Under the pieces are notes generated by a model. It was not told the DNA's origin. It did not search any database and was given only the letters and a program-made list of their open reading frames with translations. Positions 9,490 to 18,042 of a stretch of 64,000 bases of DNA are shown piece by piece. A program made the position numbers and the translations under genes. This stretch comes from Patescibacteria group bacterium (GTDB taxonomy: Bacteria > Patescibacteriota > UBA1384 > UBA12157 > JAENIV01): positions 935 through 64,934 of the forward strand of contig JBAYHL010000003.1 of NCBI GenBank assembly GCA_041666185.1, written 5' to 3'. Every line of letters begins with the position of its first letter. The stretch's first letter is position 1.

Positions 9490-11667
9490 ATGGCCAAAAG
9501 GAAGTATCGTCGCAAGGGTCAGCGACTTTCTATTTGGGAAGAATTAGATTGGACAATGAACCCCGACACTACTCGTGATGTGGTGGCGGTAGTTTTACTT
9601 ATTTTAGGATTTATTATTTTCTTAGGGATGTTTAATTTAGCTGGTTCTTTTGGCCGCTTTTTTATTAGACTTTCAGCCAATTGGTGGGGAATAATTGGTT
9701 ATATTATTCCTTTTATTTTCTTGGGTTATGGTGCAGTTTTGCTTTTTCCAAATCGTTTTCAACTCAAACCAACATCTTTAGTCGGCGTCGTTTTTTCTTT
9801 AATTTTTGTCCCAGCCATGATTAGTCCTTGGGGAGGAACTATTGGTGGTGGTATTCGGGCTCTTTTTGCTAGTTTTCTTGGTCCTTATGCTTCATTAATT
9901 TTAGTATTTGCTTTAGCAATTGCTTCAATATTAGTTACTTTTAACACTTCCATCAGGGCTTTGTGGCAAAAACTTGGTCCAGGAGCAACTGAAGCAGGTG
10001 TTAAAATTAACGAACCACGAGCTTCAGTTTTTACAACTTTAGGTCGTAAGAATATGCCAGCAACTTACCCTCAGACTTCTGCTAGTGCTGGGGATATTGC
10101 CTGGGAATATCCGCCAGTGGATTTATTAGACGACAATGCTTCCAAAGCAACTCCTGGTAATATTGCTAAAAATGTTGAGATTACTCAAAAAACTCTTAAA
10201 GATTTTGGAATAGAAGTCACAATGGGTGATGTTAATGTTGGCCCAACCGTGACTCAGTACACTTTAAAACCTGGTTTGTCGGTAAAATTAAATCAAATTA
10301 CTGCTCGAGCAAACGATCTTTCTTTGGCTTTGGCTCAGCATCCAATTAGAATTGAAGCGCCAATCCCGGGAAAATCAGCCGTAGGGATTGAAATTCCAAA
10401 TAAAGTCGGGGCAGTTGTTTCGATGAAAGAAATTTTAAATGCTGATGAATTTAAGGCTAAGAAATCTAATCTTGTTCTACCATTAGGTAGAGATGTTGCT
10501 GGCATACCTTATGCGGCTGATCTTAAAAATATGCCCCATCTTTTAATTGCGGGGGCGACCGGTTCGGGTAAGTCAGTTTGTATAAACAGTATAATTACCG
10601 CTCTTTTGTATCAGAATTCTCCTCAAGATTTAAGATTAATTTTAGTTGACCCGAAAAGGGTTGAATTTACTCACTATAATGGCATCCCCCATCTTTTAGC
10701 ACCAGTTGTTTTCGATGTCGATAAAACTATTTCGGCTCTAAAATGGACGGTGGCAGAAATGGATCGTCGTTTTCGACTTCTTCAGGAAACTAATCGTAGA
10801 AATATTGAAGCTTACAATGCTAACCCGCCAAACGGTCGTTTACCTTATATTGTAGTTGTTATTGACGAGTTAGCTGATTTAATGGCTCAGGCGGCTAATG
10901 AAGTTGAAGCGGCAATTGTTCGTTTAGCGCAAATGGCCAGAGCCGTTGGTATTCACTTGATAATGGCAACTCAGCGTCCTTCAGTGGATGTTATCACTGG
11001 TTTAATTAAAGCTAATATCACTAATCGAATTGCTTTTGCCGTTGCTTCTCAAGTTGACTCTAGAACGATTTTGGATTTGTCGGGTGCTGAACGTTTACTT
11101 GGTAATGGAGATATGCTTTATGTTGGCAATGAACTTGGCAAACCTAAACGTATTCAGGGTGTTTTAATTACTGATAAAGAAATCACCAAAGTTGCTGAAT
11201 TTCTAAAATCCAAAAGTACCCCTCAATACGATGAGACAATTTTAAATTATAGGCCCAGTACTGACCGTGGAGCAACAGGTGAACTTTTGGCAGAAGACGA
11301 ACTTTATGAAGATGCTAAGGAAACTGTTGTTATGGCTGGTAAAGCCTCGGCTTCACTACTGCAAAGACGGCTTCGTGTTGGTTATGCCAGAGCAGCTCGG
11401 CTTTTAGATATTTTGGAACAAGAAGGGATTATCGGACCACCTGATGGGGCAAAACCAAGAGACGTTTTGATAGATGCAATTTCCTTAGATCATGAGCGCC
11501 TTCAGGCGAAGGTGCCTATGAATCAAGCTCAACCTCCTATGTCATCACCAAATCCGTCTTATCAAGCTTTTCCTCAGAGTCCAAATTATCCACCTTCTAC
11601 CCCTCCACCTTATCAAAATCCTTACCCACCAAGTCAGGATCAAGATATAGATAACCAAGCTCAATAA
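9490..11667 (+). CDS. ftsK: DNA translocase FtsK/SpoIIIE
   Basis: N-terminal TM helices, Walker A GATGSGKS and the FtsK gamma-like C-terminus. Confidence 0.85.
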   Translation: MAKRKYRRKGQRLSIWEELDWTMNPDTTRDVVAVVLLILGFIIFLGMFNLAGSFGRFFIRLSANWWGIIGYIIPFIFLGYGAVLLFPNRFQLKPTSLVGVVFSLIFVPAMISPWGGTIGGGIRALFASFLGPYASLILVFALAIASILVTFNTSIRALWQKLGPGATEAGVKINEPRASVFTTLGRKNMPATYPQTSASAGDIAWEYPPVDLLDDNASKATPGNIAKNVEITQKTLKDFGIEVTMGDVNVGPTVTQYTLKPGLSVKLNQITARANDLSLALAQHPIRIEAPIPGKSAVGIEIPNKVGAVVSMKEILNADEFKAKKSNLVLPLGRDVAGIPYAADLKNMPHLLIAGATGSGKSVCINSIITALLYQNSPQDLRLILVDPKRVEFTHYNGIPHLLAPVVFDVDKTISALKWTVAEMDRRFRLLQETNRRNIEAYNANPPNGRLPYIVVVIDELADLMAQAANEVEAAIVRLAQMARAVGIHLIMATQRPSVDVITGLIKANITNRIAFAVASQVDSRTILDLSGAERLLGNGDMLYVGNELGKPKRIQGVLITDKEITKVAEFLKSKSTPQYDETILNYRPSTDRGATGELLAEDELYEDAKETVVMAGKASASLLQRRLRVGYARAARLLDILEQEGIIGPPDGAKPRDVLIDAISLDHERLQAKVPMNQAQPPMSSPNPSYQAFPQSPNYPPSTPPPYQNPYPPSQDQDIDNQAQ

Positions 11668-11685
11668 ATAAAAATAGAAAAAAGG

Positions 11686-13767
11686 ATGGAAGAAACTCAA
11701 ATACAATCAAATTTAGAGGATTTGTATTCAATTTCTCAAATTGCGGCTTCGGCTAAAGATTTACCTAGTATGTGGGGACCGCTGCTGGAAGAAGTTTTAG
11801 CTGTTTTAAAAGTTGATGCCGGATCTCTCATGATTTTAGAAGGCAATGCTCTGGTGAGAAAAGCCGCTCGTGGTTTAGGTGACATTATGGAAGAACCACC
11901 AATTCCTGCATCTTCTGGTGGTGTTTCTTGGAAAGTGGTCAAAAGTCGTAAACCGGTCGTAATTACTGATTTAAGTAAAGAAAAAGTTGCTTCTAAATTT
12001 GTTGAAGAAAATTTTCGTTCTTTAGTGACAGTGCCAATGATGGTTCGCGATCAAGTAATTGGTGTTATGAGTATTTTTACTCGTGAAAAACATCAGTTTT
12101 CTCTAGACGATCTTAACTTTTTTGCAATTATTGCTAATCAGGCGGCTTTAGCAATAATTTCCATTCAATTATCGGAGATTTTGAAAGAAAATCGTCAGCG
12201 GCTTTCAGAATTGGAGGCTCTTAATCAAGTCTCAAAAAGTGTTGCGACGGTTTTTGATTTTGAGGAAACTCTTGATTCAATCTTGGATTCAATTACGACA
12301 ATGTTTTCAAGTGATATTGGTTTAGTAACTTTGTTTGATGGTGAAACTCATCTTCTTTTAGGCAAAAAACCAGCTTACGGTTTAAGCGAACGACAAATTA
12401 ATGATTTTCGATCACGAACAGACGAGGGGGTAATGGGTGAAGCCTTCTGTAAAGGTGTGCCAATTATGGTGGGAAAAATTGATAAGGAAACGGAAGAAGT
12501 TTTAAAAAGAGCCCGTATTACTGGAATTAAAAGTATAATTGCCGCACCCTTAAAGGTTAAGTCTCAAACTTTGGGTGTAGTTCAAATTTTTTCTTCAAAA
12601 GAAAATAATTTTCATTCAAAAGATTTACGTTTATTTTCAATTCTTGCCTCACAAGCGGCTATTGTTGTTAATTCCTCGACAATGTATCGAGAGATTGAAG
12701 AAGAACGTAAAAAAGACGAAGCCCTTTTAACTTCTATTGGCGATGGGGTAATAGCAATAGATAAAAATCAAAAAATAATTCATTTTAATAAAGCGGGTGA
12801 AAAAATTACCGGTTATTTGGCAGAAGAATTACTTGGTGGCGCATTCTTGGAAACCCTAGGTATTTTTAATAAAGAAAAATTACCAGTTGAAGCAAAAGAC
12901 TCTCCTCTTGCAAAGATTTTAAAAGACGGTAATCAAATTATTTCAAAAGATTATTTTTTACGTAAAAGAAATGGTTCTCTTTTTCCGGCTTATCTTTCGT
13001 TGGCAGCCATTTGTGATATTAAAGATGACATTGTTGGGGCGATTGTTGTTTTTCGTGATATTACTTATGAATTTGAGTTGGAGCAAATGAAACAAGAGTT
13101 AATTTCCTTGTCTACTCACGAATTACGAGCGCCTATTACAGCTATTAAAGGTTATTTAGACATGATTTTGTCAGGTGATACAGGTGTTATTAATGAAGAA
13201 ACTAAAGAAACGATTGAGGAAGTCGTCGGTATTAACCGGAGATTAGCTGATTTAGTAGATGATTTATTAAACGTTGGCCGGATCGAACAAGGTAAAATAA
13301 CTATCAAACCAGAACAAATTGATCTTACGAGTTTAATTAGTCAAACGGTTCGTGAATATCAGCCGCAAGCTAAAAATAAAAAACTTGAAATTATTTTTCA
13401 TGATAAATCAATTCCGAAAATTAAAGCCGATTCGGTTCGTGTCCGTCAGGTTTTAAACAATTTAATAAGCAATGCAATCAAATACACTATGCAAGGTTCA
13501 ATCGAAATCAGCGTTCAAGCCAGTGACAAGGAAGTTACTTGTCAAGTGAAAGACACTGGTATTGGTATTAGTAAAGATGCTCAAAAAAAGCTTTTTGGTA
13601 AATTTTATCGAGTTAAAAATGCAAAAACGGTCCAAATTACTGGTACTGGATTAGGACTTTGGATCACCCAAAAACTTTTAGAAATGATGGGCGGGAAGGT
13701 TTGGTTGGAATCAGTTGAAAATAAAGGTTCAACATTTTACTTTACTTTACCTGTTTACACTGCTTGA
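11686..13767 (+). CDS. Cytoplasmic sensor histidine kinase (GAF-GAF-PAS-HisKA-HATPase_c)
   Basis: H-box HELRAPITAIKGY, G2 box GTGLGLWITQKLLEMMGG, no TM segments. Confidence 0.8.
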   Translation: MEETQIQSNLEDLYSISQIAASAKDLPSMWGPLLEEVLAVLKVDAGSLMILEGNALVRKAARGLGDIMEEPPIPASSGGVSWKVVKSRKPVVITDLSKEKVASKFVEENFRSLVTVPMMVRDQVIGVMSIFTREKHQFSLDDLNFFAIIANQAALAIISIQLSEILKENRQRLSELEALNQVSKSVATVFDFEETLDSILDSITTMFSSDIGLVTLFDGETHLLLGKKPAYGLSERQINDFRSRTDEGVMGEAFCKGVPIMVGKIDKETEEVLKRARITGIKSIIAAPLKVKSQTLGVVQIFSSKENNFHSKDLRLFSILASQAAIVVNSSTMYREIEEERKKDEALLTSIGDGVIAIDKNQKIIHFNKAGEKITGYLAEELLGGAFLETLGIFNKEKLPVEAKDSPLAKILKDGNQIISKDYFLRKRNGSLFPAYLSLAAICDIKDDIVGAIVVFRDITYEFELEQMKQELISLSTHELRAPITAIKGYLDMILSGDTGVINEETKETIEEVVGINRRLADLVDDLLNVGRIEQGKITIKPEQIDLTSLISQTVREYQPQAKNKKLEIIFHDKSIPKIKADSVRVRQVLNNLISNAIKYTMQGSIEISVQASDKEVTCQVKDTGIGISKDAQKKLFGKFYRVKNAKTVQITGTGLGLWITQKLLEMMGGKVWLESVENKGSTFYFTLPVYTA

Positions 13768-13809
13768 CCAAGTTTTTGTGAAAGTTTATGATTAAGAGAG
13801 AGGTTTATT

Positions 13810-14193
13810 ATGCCAAGCAAAGGAAAGATTCTTCTTATTGAAGATGACGCAACTTTATCTCGAATGTATGAAAAAAAATTTGTTACCGATGGTTATGAAG
13901 TGGTAACAGCTTATGATGGTTGGGATGGTTTAAAAAAAACAACTAGCGCAAAGCCTGATTTGGTTTTGTTAGATATTTTAATGCCAGGCTTAGATGGTCT
14001 AGCGGTTTTTAAAAAAATGCGATCGCAGACAGCGACTTTTAATACGCCGGTTATTCTTTTAACAAATATTGGTGACGAAAACGCTATTTACGAATCTTTT
14101 AAGCTTGGGGCGGTTGACTACTTAGTTAAATCTGAAGTTACACCAGCTTTGGTGGTAGAAAAAGTAGAAAGTTTCTTGGCCGAACGAAGATAA
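13810..14193 (+). CDS. Response regulator, receiver domain only (CheY-like)
   Basis: ILLIEDD...DLVLLDILMPGLDG is a receiver fold. There is no output domain. Confidence 0.8.
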   Translation: MPSKGKILLIEDDATLSRMYEKKFVTDGYEVVTAYDGWDGLKKTTSAKPDLVLLDILMPGLDGLAVFKKMRSQTATFNTPVILLTNIGDENAIYESFKLGAVDYLVKSEVTPALVVEKVESFLAERR

Positions 14194-14218
14194 TAATTTA
14201 AAATGCTCAAGGAGGATT

Positions 14219-14731
14219 TTGTTTAAAGGGCAAAGGGGAGGATTTAGTTTTATCCAAATTCTAATTATTTTAGCTCTTATTGCGATGTTGGGTGGGGCTA
14301 TTATTTACATTTTGAAACCTTCAAAAGTTTTGGAAAAATCTCGAGATGCGAAACGTTTTGCTGACATAAAAGAACTCTCAATGGCTGTTAACCAATATTT
14401 GGCTGATAAGCACGATTTTCAAGGTTTGGTGGGACCTTATTCTTCGATTGATACTGGTTTTTTTGACGATGCGACTCGTGAAAAGATTGATAGCAAGGGT
14501 TGGATCCCTTTAGATTTTACAATTATCTCGACTGGCGCTTCTTTTAACTCGTTACCAATAGATCCTCTTAATAACTCAACTTATAATTATCGTTTAGGAG
14601 TTTCTGTTAATAATAAGACTTATGAATTTAATTGTGTCTTTGAGCGACCAGAAAATATTACCAAGCACTCAACCGATGGTGGTAACGATCCTAATGTTTA
14701 TGAGCTCGGTACTGATTTGACAATTTTGTAA
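14219..14731 (+). CDS. Type IV pilin or pseudopilin-like protein (class III signal peptide); TTG start with uncertain RBS spacing
   Basis: Leader MFKGQRGG, then the mature N-terminus FSFIQILIILALIAML, a prepilin-like hydrophobic helix. Confidence 0.55.
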   Translation: MFKGQRGGFSFIQILIILALIAMLGGAIIYILKPSKVLEKSRDAKRFADIKELSMAVNQYLADKHDFQGLVGPYSSIDTGFFDDATREKIDSKGWIPLDFTIISTGASFNSLPIDPLNNSTYNYRLGVSVNNKTYEFNCVFERPENITKHSTDGGNDPNVYELGTDLTIL

Positions 14732-14747
14732 ATAACTGACAATCTAT

Positions 14748-14815
14748 AACTAACAAACGACAACTGATTAAAAAACTATTAATATTTTCTAATTGTTAGT
14801 TGGCGATTGTTGGTT
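14748..14815 (+). promoter_or_regulatory. Box triad: AACTAACAA (inverted) ... TTGTTAGTT-N5-TTGTTGGTT upstream of CDS 14843
   Basis: Same architecture as 6676..6729, upstream of rnj. Confidence 0.4.
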
Positions 14816-14842
14816 GTAAATTAAATTTATGAGGTAAATTTT

Positions 14843-15445
14843 ATGAATTGGCTTTTTACTTTATTATTTTGGGTACCATTAGTTTTTTCTTGTGTGGTTG
14901 TTCTTTGGCTTTTCTATTTGACGTTGGTAGGTAAAATTTCTTCTAAAGCTGCTCGTCGAGCATTAATTGCTGTAATCGTGATCTATTTTTTACAGATTGC
15001 CGTCAATATAACTTATTTTTATTTTCGTTTAAAAGGTGATGAGTTTGGAAAATATCTTTTACCACCAAATAGTAATTATTTATATCAAGCCGCTTGGGCG
15101 ATGAGTTCACCTAGCGTTTGGGCTTTAGCGATTGGTATTGGTTTGGTTTTGATTTTGTTGCTCTTGAGAAAAATTTTTCATTCGGAGATTCTTGATCGTT
15201 CAGATTTTTATATTTTGTTATTAACAATTTTTCTTGTTGGGCCATCGAGCGTTTTAGTCCTGGTTTTAGTAAGTTTTCTTCTAATGATTTGTTTCTTAAT
15301 CGGTTTTAGTTTTAAGCAAAAAAAGGTTGATTACAGGGCGAAACTGATTTTATCGCCTTTCTTATTAATCGTTGCTTTTATAATTTTAATTTTAAACAAT
15401 TTTGAATTTTATTTTAAATTTTTAGAAATGCTTCGTTTGACCTAA
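14843..15445 (+). CDS. Polytopic membrane protein, function unknown
   Basis: Several hydrophobic helices. No recognisable motif. Confidence 0.5.
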   Translation: MNWLFTLLFWVPLVFSCVVVLWLFYLTLVGKISSKAARRALIAVIVIYFLQIAVNITYFYFRLKGDEFGKYLLPPNSNYLYQAAWAMSSPSVWALAIGIGLVLILLLLRKIFHSEILDRSDFYILLLTIFLVGPSSVLVLVLVSFLLMICFLIGFSFKQKKVDYRAKLILSPFLLIVAFIILILNNFEFYFKFLEMLRLT

Positions 15446-15471
15446 TCTGGTCTCTTTGTTTTAATTAAAAC

Positions 15472-16137
15472 GTGGCAAGATTTATTAGTAAAAAAATTTT
15501 AACAGAAAAAACTCTAGGCGAGAAATTGCGCGCTTTTCGTAAACGTAAACATCTGAGCTTAGAACAAGCCGAAGAAGAAACAAAAGTAAGAGTTAAATAT
15601 CTTGACGCGCTAGAGCGGGGCTCTTATGGAGAATTGCCGGCCGATGTTTATGTTTTAGGTTTTTTGGCTAAATACGCAGAATTTTTAGGTGCGCCAAAAG
15701 AAGAACTGATTGATTGTTTTCATCACGAAAGAGGAACAAACAATTTACCTAAAAATATTGCTCCCGAGGTTCAGATAAAAGAAAGAAAAGCTTATCTTAC
15801 ACCTAGAATTATTGTTTTAATTTTAGTTTTTTTAGGGATTGTTGGTTTTTTGGGTTATATTTTTTATGCGATCAAAAATTTTACAGCTCCGCCTAATTTG
15901 GAAATTCGGTCCCCTTCAGCTGAGACCGTTATTCATCAAGATAGGGTAGAAGTTATTGGTAAAACTGATGAAGGGTCTTCTTTGAAAATTAATGACCAAG
16001 TGGTATTTTTAGATGACAAAGGTAATTTTAAAGAAACAGTTAAGCTTCAAACAGGATTAAATAATATCGAGATTAGGGCAACTAATCGCGTTCAAAAGGA
16101 GACTGTAAAAGTAATAAAAATTTTAGCTGAGTATTAA
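15472..16137 (+). CDS. RodZ-like cytoskeleton/morphogenesis protein (XRE-type HTH, TM segment, extracytoplasmic domain); GTG start
   Basis: N-terminal HTH (LGEKLRAFRKRKHLSLEQAEEETKVRVKYLDALE), one central TM segment. Confidence 0.55.
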   Translation: MARFISKKILTEKTLGEKLRAFRKRKHLSLEQAEEETKVRVKYLDALERGSYGELPADVYVLGFLAKYAEFLGAPKEELIDCFHHERGTNNLPKNIAPEVQIKERKAYLTPRIIVLILVFLGIVGFLGYIFYAIKNFTAPPNLEIRSPSAETVIHQDRVEVIGKTDEGSSLKINDQVVFLDDKGNFKETVKLQTGLNNIEIRATNRVQKETVKVIKILAEY

Positions 16138-16169
16138 AATAAATTGCTTGCCAATATCCATCAAAGTAC

Positions 16170-16262
16170 CGGACTCAAAATTCCCAGCGAGAATTTTGGT
16201 CCTAAGCGCTCGCCTCGCTCGTTCACTGCGTTCACACCTGCCCGCTCGGCTGCGCGATTTAC
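16170..16262. promoter_or_regulatory. GC-rich structured element upstream of recA. Hairpin CAAAATTC-ccagcgag-GAATTTTG and direct repeat GTTCACtgcGTTCAC.
   Basis: Local GC is far above the window average. A possible operator or leader RNA. Confidence 0.3.
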
Positions 16263-16342
16263 TTTGATAGATATATGGCTCGCTTGGGTCTGGTTTAAAA
16301 ATTAAATCATTGAAAATTATTAGGAGGGATAGAAGGGAAAAA

Positions 16343-17371
16343 ATGGCAACTCACAGTGAAGGGGCAAACAAAGGAAAACAAGAAGCTCTCGAGATGGCTC
16401 TAGGGCAAATCGAGCGACAATTTGGTACGGGGGCAATCATGCGTTTCGGTCAAAAAGAAAGATTACAGGTTGCTTCGATTCCTAGCGGTTCAATTTCTCT
16501 AGATTTAGCTTTAGGTGTTGGCGGTTTTCCTCGCGGGAGAATTATTGAAATTTTTGGACCTGAATCAACTGGTAAATCAACCTTGGCAATGCATGCTATT
16601 GCTGAAGCTCAAAAACAGGGTGGTATTGGTGCTTTCATTGACGCTGAACACGCTTTCGATCCTGACTATGCAAGAAAAATAGGTATTAATGTTGAAGAAT
16701 TATTAATTTCCCAACCAGATACAGGCGAACAAGCTTTAGAAATTGCTGAAACGTTGGTTCGTTCTAATGCAGTTGATGTAATTGTTGTTGATTCAGTAGC
16801 TGCTTTGGTTCCACGAGCAGAAATTGAAGGTGAGATGGGTGACGCTCAAATGGGTATGCAAGCCAGGTTGATGTCACAAGCGTTAAGAAAACTTACTGGG
16901 GCAATTTCCCGTTCTAAAGCGGTGGTAATTTTTATCAATCAGCTTCGAATGAAAATTGGAGTAATGTTTGGTAATCCTGAAACAACTGCTGGCGGTATGG
17001 CTTTGAAGTTTTATTCTTCAATTCGTCTTGATATTCGTCGAACAGAACAAATTAAAGAAGGTGATATTCCTATTGGCAATAGGGTTAAAGTAAAAATTGT
17101 TAAAAATAAAGTTGCCCCGCCTTTTCGGACGGCCGAATTTGACTTAATGTTTAGTGAAGGTATTTCTAAAGAAGGCGATTTATTAGATATAGCAGTTAAA
17201 ATGGGAATAATTAGTAAGGCTGGTTCTTGGTATCAAATGGGTGCTCAGAAATTGGGTCAAGGTCGTGAAGGTGTCAAGCAATTTTTAAGAGAAAATCCTA
17301 AAATTGCCAAATCGATTGAAGAAAAAGTAATGGTCAAAGATGAGAAAGAAGAGAAGGCGGATAAGGAGTAA
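16343..17371 (+). CDS. recA: Recombinase RecA (an alternative TTG start lies at 16310)
   Basis: Walker [10 protein letters not shown] and the highly conserved RecA core. RBS aggagg lies upstream. Confidence 0.9.
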   Translation: MATHSEGANKGKQEALEMALGQIERQFGTGAIMRFGQKERLQVASIPSGSISLDLALGVGGFPRGRIIEIFGPESTGKSTLAMHAIAEAQKQGGIGAFIDAEHAFDPDYARKIGINVEELLISQPDTGEQALEIAETLVRSNAVDVIVVDSVAALVPRAEIEGEMGDAQMGMQARLMSQALRKLTGAISRSKAVVIFINQLRMKIGVMFGNPETTAGGMALKFYSSIRLDIRRTEQIKEGDIPIGNRVKVKIVKNKVAPPFRTAEFDLMFSEGISKEGDLLDIAVKMGIISKAGSWYQMGAQKLGQGREGVKQFLRENPKIAKSIEEKVMVKDEKEEKADKE

Positions 17372-17586
17372 GAAGAGATAGCAGCAATCAATGATAGGTC
17401 CTCGGGTCGCTACGCTCGCATTCAGCCACCCTATCCAACCTACTCGTCGCTTCCGATTTTGCCTCATCGCCAAGCTTCGGCAAATCGGAGCGTTCCTCGA
17501 CCGGCTTCGCTCGGTAGCTTCCCTCGGTTCTAAATTTTGTTTAAATAGATACATGGTTTGTTTAAAAATTAGGAATTTGTCATTGT

Positions 17587-18009
17587 ATGCTCGATCCATT
17601 AAAGATTGCTCTTAATTATTTAAAATTTCGTCCGCGAAGTATTTTTGAGGTAACGGAAAAACTCAAAGCGAAGAAAATTTCCGATAAAGAAATAAAAAAG
17701 ACGATCGATGTTTTGGAAAAGAATAAATTGTTGGACGATAAAAAATTTGCTAAAATGTGGGTAGCGGATCGTAATCTTTTGAAACCAGAGGGATCTTATC
17801 TTTTAAAGTTGGAATTAAAAAAGCTAGGAATTTCAGAAGATATTATCGAGGCTGTTTTAATTGGTCAAAACGAAGAAAAGCTAGCCAAGACTGCCCTTGA
17901 TAGTAAAAGTCGGTTAAACGATGCAGACTTTCACAAAAAAGCTAATTTCTTACAACGCCGTGGTTTTAAAATAGAAACAATATATAAGATTTTAAGAAAA
18001 TCACAATAA
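17587..18009 (+). CDS. recX: RecX-like regulatory protein
   Basis: 140-aa helical-repeat protein sitting after recA in the canonical RecX position. Confidence 0.6.
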   Translation: MLDPLKIALNYLKFRPRSIFEVTEKLKAKKISDKEIKKTIDVLEKNKLLDDKKFAKMWVADRNLLKPEGSYLLKLELKKLGISEDIIEAVLIGQNEEKLAKTALDSKSRLNDADFHKKANFLQRRGFKIETIYKILRKSQ

Positions 18010-18042
18010 TGGCCCGTATTAAAAATTTATCAAGGAGGGATT

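Noticed and set aside
17285-17615. ORFs of 104 aa (-) and 74 aa (+) in the recA-recX spacer
   Set aside because: Arg-rich low-complexity translations of a GC-rich structured segment. More likely RNA or regulatory than coding.
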